A stretch of 64,000 nt of DNA from contig CAJFCJ010000025.1 of assembly GCA_904063045.1 (NCBI GenBank), forward strand, positions 62,001 to 126,000. Direction: 5' to 3'. The translations under genes and the position numbers were made by a program. Shown one piece after another: positions 26,301-39,457 of the stretch. Below the pieces are notes generated by a model. That model worked only from the letters and a program-made list of their open reading frames with translations. It had not been told where the DNA came from and ran no database searches. Within the stretch, counting starts at the first letter, position 1; every line of letters starts with the position of its first letter. This DNA is from Dimorphilus gyrociliatus. Its lineage: Eukaryota > Animalia > Annelida.

Positions 26301-26589
26301 TAGCCTTAATAAGTAAATTTGGTCGGTGAAAAGTGGATAAATAAAATGCACTCATTGGGTCAAGGATTTCTAGGTAGTCTATAATATAACCCGCAACTAA
26401 CCATATAAATTGCGTTGTCCAGGGGCAAACAGAACAGAAGAAAAGAGGTCCTAAATATTCATGAAATATCTTGAACGGTAAGCTGGCTCCAGTAGATAAG
26501 CCAGCTTCACCCGATGAACCAGAATAACCAGCATTCTTGTTACCGTTGGTCGTGTCTTTTCCCTTTTGTTTCCTACTTCTTAATTCCAT
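23348..26589 (-). CDS. DHCR7: Sterol delta-7 reductase (7-dehydrocholesterol reductase, ERG4/ERG24 family), DWF5-type, 469 aa
   Basis: Exons 26402-26589 and 23348-24569 join in frame (1410 nt). Motifs GKRFEGPVSPKG, GTELYPR, VFTNCRFGM, TKFFWWEAGY, DRAGFYICWGCLVWVP, SGWWGIARHFHYVPE and RDDAKCMKKYG. A probable non-coding first exon lies near 27990-28150. Confidence 0.93.
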
Positions 26590-28200
26590 AACCTGAAATA
26601 AAAGAATAGAAAATTATAAAACACTTCAATATTTTTTTATGAATATTCATTTGAATAAAAAGAGAAAATTAAAAAGCTTTCAGTTTTAACTTATTAAGCA
26701 CAAGTTATATCATGTGTTATAACACACAAGTATATATAAAACATTGCAAAAAAAATAGATTAGATCTAACCACTCCCCTGTATTGTTGTAATATAGAATA
26801 CATAAAAAACTGTACAGAAAGAGAGGGATAGAGTGAGGAGGAAGAGGAGGACAAGGATGGAAAGCGATCTGTTATAATTATTCCTAATTTAATTAAATTT
26901 ATACAGTTAGACTAAAATATAAAATTTTTAAATTCTTTTTCTTTTTTTTTTTAAAAAAAAAATAATTACAAAATAGTTATTTTGATTTTTTAGCTTAATA
27001 TTTACAAAAGAGAAAAACAAAACATAAAATAAAATGAACATATGCTTTAAAAAAAAATGGTTTTAAGAAAAAAAAAACACAAAAGCATATCGATTACAAA
27101 TGATTAGCTCATATAGGCTAAAAAAACTATCTGCATAATATATTCTGAGCAAATATCTAAAAATAGCCCTACGTATGTAAGGTAATTTCAACTCAGCCGA
27201 TCTTTAAGCCTATACCCATTATATATTATTTTGTAGGAAACGAGGTCTAAAGCCTGATTTTATATATAAAAACATATTAAATTTCTACGTTTCCGAATTC
27301 AAATATCCTAAATATAAATAATAAAGAATAAGAATAAGGAAATATTATTCAGATTCTGTTATATCTACAGTGATTTTTAGTTTTTTTTTTTAAACTAGAA
27401 CAGATGTTCAATTCAAGGTCACAGAACTTAAGACTATTAATTCTATAATAACAGACAAAAAGCTTGGATTTTCTCGACGAAATATTCAGTATTTGCAGAA
27501 TTATTCGCATTTTTATAATGAGAAGAATATAAATATAATGGATCCTTTGTTTATAAAGAATCCATTTTAATTTTTTAAAATAAAGAGAGATAGCAAACAA
27601 AAAACAGATATAGAAATGATAAAAAGCTTAGAATAAAATATCATTATTTGTTTGTTAAAATAGCTTTGTTAGATGAATATTTAATTGGCATAGATTCTAA
27701 TTTTTAGAACGTTTTTAAGGGTATCTTCTTTCTATTTACCTCCTTATCGAGTATAAAATCGAGCAAAGGCATATTTTTGGATTTTTACTTTATCGTTGAT
27801 ACAGCTGTAAGAAACGTATATCTGACACAAAGAAATGTCTGAAACCGGTAACAGCACGTGTGTTCTTTTTTTATAAAAAAAAAATAATATTAACTGTAAT
27901 AACTATACCATACTCAATATTTTTATTAAAGCATCTTTATAATATATTTTATCTATTGTTCATGCATTTATTTAATGAAATTACTTACTTATTTCCTTCA
28001 AATACTCCCTTTAATTTGGCAAATTCGTTGAAACCCCCGGATGATGCTAAACCCAGATGTTTAACGTAGAGCGAACTGAATATGTTTGCAGGCTGGTTAC
28101 GCGCTCCGTGCGTGAGTTTTTATTTTATCTCACCCTCTATTGAGACAGTAACCATACTAATCTGGAAGTGGAAACGTCTTTGTTGCCAGTTCTAGGTAAT

Positions 28201-28210
28201 ATCACGTGAC
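28201..28210. promoter_or_regulatory. ATCACGTGAC E-box (SREBP/MiT-type) upstream of DHCR7
   Basis: Palindromic TCACGTGA core in a GC-richer promoter-like island; further copies at 25150-25159 (intron) and 21863-21872 (downstream). Confidence 0.45.
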
Positions 28211-31200
28211 TATGAGAATTATACTTTAAAGTAAAAAAGATTCATTTTATTCAGAATCACAATATCACAGGGGTTTCTAAGTGCTAGGAATCAATGCAAA
28301 TTAATAAGTGTTCATGGACACTGCAAAAGCAGACAAAAAAAGAAAAGACGTCTAATCTATGGACGCTTTTTTCTTTTAAAGGCGGAATATTTGAAATAAT
28401 ATCTTGTCAAACATTTAATAAAAAGTAAAATATCATTGGTAAATTATAAATTAGATTTAAATGGCATATAATAAAACAAGTTGAATATTAAATTTTTATG
28501 GCTAAAGAAATTCAGGTCTAAAAATAAATTATAAAAATTGGTTTTAAATAAAAGTCTGTGTAATGTTTTGTTATATTTATAAATATATAGAAATTTCCGA
28601 ATGATTCATTTAGGGAGGAGTTGAACAGATGCCCTAAAATGTTCTTCGCTATCATTTCAGTAGTTCATCACCAGTGCAAAACTATTGAACAGCTACTATT
28701 CATTTATTGTTATAACTTAACAAAATGACTACGTATATATATTTTTTAAATTGTATTGTTGTCTTTATAGAAAAAATTTTGGAATTATATACCAGTTTTA
28801 TTTATAAATAGTTCTCTCTGTCTCTTTCTTTCTTATATTTAACTAACAAATACTAACGTCCTCAGCCTCTTCATACTACATATACGTCTATAACAATCTA
28901 TTTTTATATTAATACAACAGTGATTCGGTTTTTGTTTTTTCAATTTGAGTTTAGTTAGTACATTTTATAATAAGTTATGCAATTAATAAAATAAAAAGGA
29001 AAAGAATAGGCTTTAAAAATAATAACTTTACTCTCAATATATTATAATATTTTTTACTATTCTAGTTCAGTATGGTTTTGTGTGTTACTTACTTTTAATA
29101 TAAGACGTTTAGATACTATACCAATTATTTTATATCTATTATCATTATTTCTGTTGAATAAATCTTCTTTTCAATAAATATTCTAAATTATTCTTTTATT
29201 TAAAGATTATATAATTATAGGCCTATAATAGATTATCCCTAATTCTTTTTCTAACTTCCTTTTTCCATTTAAAGACATTAGTTCAATAATGCACTTGTAA
29301 TTTTTTGTTAAAAATTCTATAGCTAACCTTCTTTTAATCAAATATTAAGTTTGTATATCACGGTCAATCCAAATAATGAAAGGATTAATGCAAATATATA
29401 TAGTCCTATAATTACTGTATATAGTAAAAAAAATTTATAGGCTTACTTAGACATACAGTATACATTATATACTGTATATTTATATAGACAAACATTTCTC
29501 TTAAATCATTAATATCAACAATGTTTGATATTAAAATGGTTAAAATTCAAGATTTTTATTGATTTCTGAATTCTCATATATCTCATTTAATGTCTGTTTC
29601 TCTCTTTATCTATTCGTTCAGCTTTTTTCTTATCAGTTAGATTTATTATTATACAAGTCCTACTTAATAGACACGGTTAATTAGTAAAAGTTTTCTTGAT
29701 TTTTCATTCGTTTACAATCTAATTTCTAAGAATCAATTGGCATGTATATTTGTTACTTGATATATAATTATTCGTGTAAATATACAAGTGATAATCAAGC
29801 ATTTATATGTTATAAGTCTAGGTATAATATTCAGCATAGATGAGATGTTATAGGAGTATATACTCTATGTATACAAACATATCATATCATACATATATTC
29901 TAATATATCTGTCCACCTGTGAAGGCCTACCAACAAAACAAAGACACAAAATAGAATTTGTTGTTCTAATATCGCAAATGTAAGATTAAGAAAACCAGGG
30001 AGAGAGAGACAACGGGATATAATAAAAACAATCAAGATAAGGAACAAAAGAATAATACTATTAAGATGGCATATATTCTATAGTACTAAAATGTTTGTAA
30101 TAAAGAGCTACATTAAAAGAAAACATTGCATAGAAAGAGGAGAGAAACCTTTCAACCCAGACAGAAATTCAATACTGAAATAAAGTCGGAAAAGTGCTAG
30201 GATAACAGTCTTACTCGCACTTTGAACGAAGAAGGGTTAAAATTAGAGGTTGATCCCGATTTAATCGGACCACTTTTCTTCTCTTTCTTTCGGTATTTTT
30301 TGAAGAAAGATAGTTGGAATTGTTAGGAATGTTTCTTTAATAAGAAACGTAAGGCAATTTACTCTTATATAAATAAATCAAAAGTCGCCTATAGGCTGAT
30401 GGCCTTGAAAAGAAATACAATACGACATCCTATACTTATATAAGATATGCACCAGATCTCAACATATGCTCTTCTCTCATAATTGCCTTTATGCCTAGCT
30501 AGATAGTCTTATTCTCTTTTCATTCCTTTTCATCGTCTAATCAATTTCCTTTTAAAGTATCACCTGGATAGTTAGGTCTCATTAAAGAACGGGGACACTT
30601 TACGATTTCTAATCCAGAGAAAAATTAAAATAGTCAGGTTTAGACTTGAGAAGTGATAGGCAAATACACGCTAAGTATAGGGGAGAGGTTGCTGAAAAAA
30701 GCTATAAAGAAGAAATGAGCTAGTAAAAGTTTGAGGGGGGGAAGGGTGGGGGAGTGGATGAAAGGAATAGCTTTTTCTATACAGTTTACTGGTAGTCGTC
30801 CTACAGCGCTCTGTTTGACATTTAACCCGTCCGGCCCCTCCAGACGCCTATTAATGGAAGCGTTGGAACGCAAAAAAATTTTCCTCCTTCCTTGGGAGAC
30901 GATAACTCTATTTCTCGCCCATCGACTTATCAATCGATTTATGTCTCTTTTTCTCTTTTACTTTTTCATATTTCCTCTTTTCTTCGCTTTCCCCTCCCCC
31001 GTCACCCTTCTCTCTTTTATCCGTTCCAGCATCTTATCATTTTTTATATTTATAGTATATTGTTTCTAATAACTTGGAAAATAATCAAACCTTTAAAAGT
31101 TGATAAGGAAACTCTTTCAAAAACGTTTTAAAGATGTACTCAAAGTGTTTGTAATTTGATTATTGCAATTAATGGGAGAATGTTAAATGCATACATGATT

Positions 31201-33263
31201 AAATATGTTGTATATATAAGATATAAAAGGGAAAATAGAATAAATATAATGATTGAATTGAAAGGTTTTTAATTCATTTAGATGTATTCCACCTTTTAGA
31301 TCGGACATCTGAGGTCACGATCAACCAATAAGAGAATTGTTATGATAAAAGTTATATCCGTCCAGAGGAAAATGAGAAACCGGATATCTTTTGTAAACTA
31401 TTCAAATTATTCACAGAATCACACTCTACGTTTAATTAAAATATCCGACGTTTTCTTAATTGACCTTTCAATTGGTTTATGAATATTTATCAGTCTTAAA
31501 ATAGAGTTATGTAAATTTTGTTTAGTTATTTGCTTTAATAAACATAACTATGTATACTTGTGAAAATGCTGTGGGTACCAGTATTCATCTGATTTTGGTT
31601 AAATTCGTGCTTAATATTAGTTCTTCCTTTTCTTTGTTTATAATTGATTAATAACAAATAAAAGGCTGTTTAAATAATCTATTATTAATATTTTATCCTA
31701 GATTAAAGGAATTATGATATATGTTAAATTTCAAAAATCATTTCCCCACTTCGGAGATTAGCCTAATTCTGATTTGCTAGTTTTACAACATCAATGTTTT
31801 GTCTTGCTCTAAGCAAGAATAACTAACTAACTAACGTATCTTATTTTTTCTCTCTTCCGCTTTACAAAGAAGAAGAGAGGAAGATGAAAAGAAAAGAAAA
31901 AAAAAGAATTATAATTTGCTCTTGATTGCCTTAATAGTAATTAAAGGCTAATCGAATATTATTCTAGTATAATATCAAGTATAAGCTATAGATTGATGAA
32001 TAATCTTCAATAAATTAATTCTAGTCTGGTGTACAAAAAGTGTTGAATGATTATTTATAATTTACATCCTTATCCTTTTGACATTGACTATAATCTTGCT
32101 GGTACACAAGAATATTCAATCTTAAGAGAGCGTCATTTCCTTTAGTATTTTTTTTAGTCAATAATTCATTACAAGCAACTAAGTGATCTTCTGTAAAAAC
32201 TAATATGAACTTTCCTTTATTTTTTTATTCTTTTCCCCTACGATGTGTAAAAATTTTTATGCTATATTTTTTTCCAGCTCTCCCAACTGCAAAGGATTTT
32301 GCGTGCCTGTTAATATAGATTATAGTCGTTTTTTTTCGATTTGTGCGAGAAAAGGGGGAAGGGAAGGGTGGGGGAGGATGTTCAGAGGGGGGTAATTTTC
32401 TTGCTGGCATCAAATTGAGCCTTGTATGCATATGTATATGTATAATTAAAGTAGGCGTTTCACAGCATCAATTAGACCTCTATTTTACGAATAATGTTTC
32501 GTTGTGCTATTTAATGTCTGTTAGTTTGTTGTTTTTTCTTCGTAACAAAACATGACCATGTAAAAGGTTGTTACTTTGAATGATGAATTATATCTGCTAA
32601 AGAGAAAACAGAGATTAAGCCTAGAATTAAAAAAAAATAGAGGATAGGGAGTAGGAGAATAATAACAATACTTTACAGTTTTTCTATCCGACCATATAAT
32701 CAATCAACTGCAATCATATACGGAAGAAGAGAAATACGGTCGTAAATCATGGAGACAAATTAGCCGTCTCCCCTCGTCTGTATCATTGTCCTTTTTGTTC
32801 TTTATTTCGTACTTTTTTTGTTATCTTTAAAGAAGAGGAGAGAAAGATATATAAATATATATTATCGTTTAGAATCTGTAATAGATTTATCTATACATAT
32901 TTATAGGTGTTGTATGTAAGCAATAAATTTCATGTATTTATTTATACAGTAACATTATATGTATAATTTATGCTAATTTATGAGAGGTAAAAAAAATTGG
33001 AGAAAAAACAGATTTACAATAACCCTCTCACATACGCCCCTTATGTAAGTCGACCGTAATAGTTCCGGTTGAGAACTTCACAAATTCAGTATAACGACCC
33101 CAGGCGCTTTTCAAATGAATTTTTTAAGACTGTACCCCGACGATGAAGAAAAGTCAATATACTAGATTTCTTTTTTTTAAAACATTCCGTCTTTAATTTA
33201 GAAAAGTAGAGTAACAATATTCATCTTATCTTATCTTTCTTCCCCTACTTGTCTATGTCTTTG

Positions 33264-33296
<33 letters not shown>

Positions 33297-36200
33297 CCAT
33301 TCTTTCCCCTATCCCTTCGCAATTATTATCTCTTTTCTTTCACTACTATTTAATTATCATAACTGCTTATTACACACATAAAATAGTGATGGATTAGATT
33401 TTGAGAGAAAATCAGAGGGTGATTTTTTTCTCATTTCGTCACGCGATAAACAATAATGCGATGGTTACATAATAATCAATTGCCCTGATCACGAACACGT
33501 TCCTCATCATTAGGCCTATTCTTTATTATTTTATACATCTATTCAATTCTTAATAAACTGTGTAAAAGGTTCATTTTCTGAAGTGAAAGATTTTTTTTTA
33601 TTAAAGAAAAGAGTTTAAAGATTACAGTTTATATGGGAAATTAATCAAAGTATAATTAGGCTCTTGACCTTTATTTCTTAACATTTAATGTTAAGACCTT
33701 TTGTTGAATTACTACAACTATTTCTAATACAAAAGATCTCTTGTTCCCCTTTGGTATTGCCTCGTTATTTAAACTTAATTAATTACTCAGTCTTTCGCTC
33801 TTGAATTTTATGATTTCTTACAACTTATTCTATCTTACAAAACCACAACAATATAAAGAAATCCTTCAGATCTTCGTGTTATTCCTCTACATTTCTTTTT
33901 CTTTTTTTTCAATCAATCTTTACCCTTGTTCTTTTACTTGATGATTTTCTCTGTCTCTCTTTTTCTCTCTTTCTTTATTTCTCCTTGTTTTCTCTGTCTC
34001 TACCTCTTTCTTCCTTCTCTCTCCTTCTTCTCTGTTTTTTATTTCCTGTCATGTTATGTTAAATTTATTTATTTTCATTAATAATCTTAATTGAGTAGCC
34101 ACGTGACAAAGAAGAGTATGCTAATCATGAGTTTTCATTAGCCACTGTTAAACTCGAACTGAATATCATTCCATGTTTTAATGTCGTTTCTGTCATTACT
34201 GTTAGGGTAGCCGTCATCCCGTCTACGTTTATTTCCCTTATTTCTTGAGGGAAAGAGCAAGAGAATAACGCCTTTCGCGTAGAAACTAGAATTGACCTTA
34301 TTTTTAATGGATTCGTAAATTTTTCAAATCTATATCTCTGTTGATTTTCCCGCCTCAATCAGTTTAGCAGAGTTCCTCTTTCGTTTATGTTAACAGAATT
34401 TATGACCTGTCTTATAGGTGGTAAATTTTTGGTAGACGTTGGGTGGGCTAATAAATCTGACTGAATGATAGAAAATTGGACCCTAACAATTAATTTCGGT
34501 CGAGTAGAGTGGGGTCAACATCGTTAATTTTGTTGTTGTTGTATTAAAGCAACCTTGAAATAAAAGATACTAATATAAAAAGAAGAATAATAAATATCCC
34601 ATTGAGATAGACGCTTAATTAGTATATGAATATTTAATAAAATAAGACCAATATAGACTACTACTCTGATACGCGGTTCAAAGAGAATTTTTAATGCTAT
34701 TATTAAAGCAAGAAGTAAGCTTAAACTAGTCCATTAGAGGCTGGAACAAAGAGCAGGTTTTCCCCAAAGCTTCTTATAAGATCTATCATCTCCATGTTTA
34801 TATATGTTTAAACAACGGATGATAGGTATTAATCGCCTCTGATAAACGATGCACAAACTGGACAAACAGGGGGCAAAAAACATTGATTTCTGTTTAATTT
34901 TCATTAGAGATAAAACAAACGGATACAATTGTTTAATTAGATCGGTTCGATTTACCATCTCTACTATTATTCTTTCATTGCCCTGGTGTCATGTGGCAGC
35001 TTCGATACTAGATGTTTGTCAGGGACGGACAAATTACAAACATAAAGGATAAATACACTCGATACTCTCTTACTCTCTAACTCTCTTTATCTCTCTTCTA
35101 TTCTTACAATTACTTTTTTTGTCTCCTAATTAATAAAACAACCAAGTTTTTATTTACAAACAAATAAACAAAAACTATACAATTACTTTTTTTTTACTTT
35201 AACACCTCTTTCCTTTAATTATGTACCTGATTCGTAACAATAAATTATAATCGCTTTATCTAGAGTTTGCTTTTACAAACTTTAACTATACAAACTGTCA
35301 AATTGAAACGTACTATATAGTCTATATAATTCATTTATTATATAAAAAGGAAATATACAACTGGATATATTACTAAAGTACTAAAAAACCAAACTTTTAT
35401 TGCATCTTTTTTATAGTTTTCTTTTGTCAAAGTAAACTTTTTCACAGCGGAAAATAAAGAAATAATTCCTTTTTTATATATAAAAAGAATAATAATGCCA
35501 AAAATAAAATGAATGGTAAAGATAGAGAGAGAGAGAGAGAGAGAAAAGTATGCCTTTGGCAATTAGGAATGCAACTTAATACTTTTAACGAGCTTTATTG
35601 ATTAGTTTGCCTTATTTTATTTTTCAGTATTGAAAGAAGAACAAAAGTTTGTACAATATACAATTTATTATAAAGTATATAAAGTGTTACAAAACTGTTT
35701 TAGTCGGAGTTTATAGCGTGAGAAATATTTTTTTTATTTAATTGATTATTTTAATAATAGTTGATTTAGTTAAATATTAATTTTTTATTACAGGTTTTAT
35801 CAATAAGGAGGAAGATTCTAAATGTTTTCAAAGTTGGTAATAAAACGCTTGACGACGGTCCAAATCAGCCCTCGTACAGACGATTATCTCAAGTCTTTCG
35901 AGACTTTAAACGACTTGTTTGTCAAGCCGATTTATTAAGTCTCGACGATCGATAGGGGGCGTTATAATACGGTTTATATTTACTAGAACATTTACCGAAT
36001 TTTGTATGATTATCGTTAACTACGTCTTTTAAAAAGCTAGGAAAAAAATTAAAAGCTCATTTTCCCATATGGGATATATCAATGTAATAGATATTCTTAC
36101 CGATATTTTCAATTTGTTAGAACTTAACGAAAGGTGATATGAGGTTTGTCATTCACTTTTTGTTCTTAGCGAAATGAACGAAAGGCGATATAGTCGATGA

Positions 36201-36456
36201 AAGAGAAAAAAATCCGTACGAAATATCTTTCGTTCTTTTATTTTCTACATTTATTCGTTTCTTTCTCATTTTCCCTTTTCTCCTTTCAAACATTTGCTCG
36301 TTTAATATATTTAACTAAAGTCGACAATTCATGCAGATATGAATAAAACTTAGAGATAATTTGATAAATTGGATGTGTTTCATTCCCAAAAACGTGTTCT
36401 CTTGTATAGAAAGAAGATATTAGAATAGTAGAGATTAAGATAATATAAAGAAAGAA

Positions 36457-36487
<31 letters not shown>

Positions 36488-38053
36488 CAATTATCTTTCG
36501 ACTGTCAAAATAAAAAGTTATTATGAGAGATAAGTAAAATGACTAATTAACAAATTGGAATTGAATCCAAAACAAACGGGAAAACAACTAATAAGACAAA
36601 TGTATTATGTAATAGTATGTTTTTGAAAACATTATCTGTAACAATATGATAATACAACTTGTTTATTACGCGATCAAAAGAAAAAATATAGATTACGAAT
36701 CAATGTATACATTTTAATCGCGTGATAGATCAGTCATTATTAAATGCTACAGCGAGGTTAAATGTTAACGTTGGCATGACAGCTTAGAATTCATTCTGAT
36801 ATAAGAAACATTTTGGCATCTGTTTGATAACGTTATAGTAAGAATGATTGATTTTATCAAACTTAATCAAAAGTATACACGGAAAAATTAATTAAAACTA
36901 GGTTAATTAATACATTAATTAATTAATAAATTAAGACAATATTTATAATCCAATATTAAACATAGAAAGAATAGGTAAATAGTAAGCAAATGGTTATAAA
37001 TTCCCTGTAAAAATAGTTTGAATAAACAAGTAAACAATGTTGATTATTGTAGCCAGTTGTTTATCGTTCCCAATAAAACTGCTTAATTTGTTGACGCGCC
37101 AAAGGCGAAACAAATGTTAGATTAATTCTACAAGAGTGCAAATGGGATGTAAGGTAAGAGAGAAAGAATGTAAGAAAGAAAGAAAGAAAGGGAAAGAGAG
37201 AGGATAGAGGAGAGGCGAAGAAGGGAAGAAAAAGAGAAAGCGTTAGAAAAGAGGAGAGGTAGTGTTATGTTGCAGTAACGGGACGAAATGAGAAGTGCGG
37301 GGGGTGGGGAGGGATGAGGGGGGCAGTTGAAAGGATGAGGGGGTTTATTAGTGTAAAATAGCCTATATAAAGAAATAGGAAATACAAGGAATTGATAAGA
37401 AAGACAATTGAGAGAAATAATGACGGATCCATAGAATTGTAAATAGTTTAATTTAGAGTGCGTTGTTACTATACTTTTTATTTATAGACAATAGCGGCCA
37501 TCTTTCTATTATATAATCAACTAATATAAGTAAAAGGGGTGTTTGATGAACCACAAATACGTAATAAGTACATACGAATTGTTGTTTACACTTAAGGTAA
37601 TCAATGAATAGAAGAGAATAACGTAACGTATATAAATTTTTTACACGAAAGCTTCTATATATGAGATAAAGAGAGAGAAGGGATAAAATCAATTGGGGAA
37701 AAAAAAGACGTAAGAGAACGAAGGAAATCCTGTATTTCGACTATTTAGGGCCCATAATTATAAGTCTATATAAATATAGGCCCTGAAAATCCTCAACGCG
37801 CCTCATAGTCAGCCACGCAACTGCCTCTCAATTACCCTAAGCTATCAAGGGAATGCATAATCTTGGTTACCAATGTGTTGCGCAATGCTGAGAGTCATTG
37901 AACACGTCAACTCGTGTATACATACAAGCAACTGGGGCGTACACTCGATTGCATAATGCTCCTCAAGAATCCTTCATTAATTCAGTATACCATTTAGAGA
38001 GCGTTTCCCTCGCATGAGCAAAGCAATGGCACAAGGAGGGAAGGAGGTACCAA

Positions 38054-38105
38054 GCAGCGGCGGCGGCGGCGGTGGCGGTGGCGGTGGCGGTGATGGTGGT
38101 GGTGG
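38054..38105. repeat. Imperfect (GGC)n/(GGT)n trinucleotide tract
   Basis: gcagcggcggcggcggcggtggcggtggcggtggcggtgatggtggtggtggtg, seen directly. Confidence 0.9.
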
Positions 38106-39457
38106 TGTTGTGGTAGTTGTAATGTTGGTGGCAGTTGGAATGAATGAAATGAACGAGAGGGGGGCGAGAGAGAAAGCTCATGCGAACTAAACATTCCTCG
38201 CTGTCAGCGTCGATAAACGTCCTCTTTCATTAGGCGTCTATTCAATCAAAGTCCGATGAAGAGAAAAAGAAGCCAGAAATACCGTCGTACAAGAATAGTA
38301 AATATTTGTAGGATTAATTAGCATCTAATTAATGAGTGTAGACGGATTTTGTCTAATGTTTTTCACATCTTACTGGTGGTATCAGTTAATTTATTCATAC
38401 AAATTGGAAACGGATAAAGATATAGGAGAGGGAAATGAGGAAAAGGGTAGGCGGGAGTACGTCAGCCCTACGGGGAAATTGAGTTGAATCATTGAATGTA
38501 GAAAGAAGAGTTCATGACCCCGTTTTCCGTTCTGTTTGTCGGCTGTAAACAACAAAACGCTTGAATGAATTGAAAGAAAAGAATCTAAACGTTTAGACGA
38601 GGGAAGGAGTGGAGAGAGAAAAAGGGTTAGAGTTTATTCGGAGGTTGCTGCAAGCTAAAAGAAATATTTCCGCCGAAAAGCGTTTATTTATTTTCAAGGG
38701 AGGTGGCGGAATTAATTCGCATCGATCAACCGATGCGTGCGGATAACGTTCTTCAACGGCCTCTTGGCGTAGAACGACTGGGAATTAATTAATCTACGAT
38801 TCTGCTTAACGTTAATAATTTCTCCGCCGCTTAACTTCTGCTAACGCCATCTATGTTGCAAGATTCCTCTGTTTAAGAAAAGTAATCAATTGCCTTAACT
38901 AGGGGCTGGAATGAGATGATTTGTTAGTTTTACTTTCCAGAAGTATTCCACAAACCGCAACTCGATCAAAATCGCTTTACCGCAAATCTATATAAAGGAT
39001 TGTTTGGTTTCCTTCTTGTTTTGTCTTAAAGACGGTGGGAAATGAACTCCCGTTAAAATAAACTTACTGCAATAATCCGATAACGAATCTTTAGGCTCCT
39101 ACTTAGAATCATTACAAACTAGTACTTCGCTATTTCTCATTTCAGAATGAAGCTAATTTATTCATGTAAACGTTTTAATTATTTATCTTCTCCACTAAAT
39201 GGGATTTTAATTTTCTTCTTAGTATAAAATTTCTCCAAATCACTTTCTTTTCCTCAGTTCTTTAAAATTATTGCTGGTGTTTGTCTTATTAGTTTACTTT
39301 TTATACATTTTATATAAAAGTTAGTCTATCTCTTTTGAATGTTAATATGCATAAAAGCTGACAAAAATTTTAAAAAAGAAGGAAAGAAAACGACGAATGA
39401 GAGTTGAAAAACTATAATTAACTTTGAATCACTTTAGTATAGAGAATCGACCAGATA

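Noticed and set aside
33412-33511. Minus-strand ATGATGA...CTGA, C/D snoRNA-like
   Set aside because: No terminal stem, no internal D' box and no recognisable guide.
34950-34980. Partial similarity to the miR-71 reverse complement
   Set aside because: Seed mismatch and no hairpin; likely chance in AT-rich sequence.
38718-38737. CGCATCG-loop-CGATGCG hairpin
   Set aside because: A 7-bp stem alone is not significant in 64 kb.
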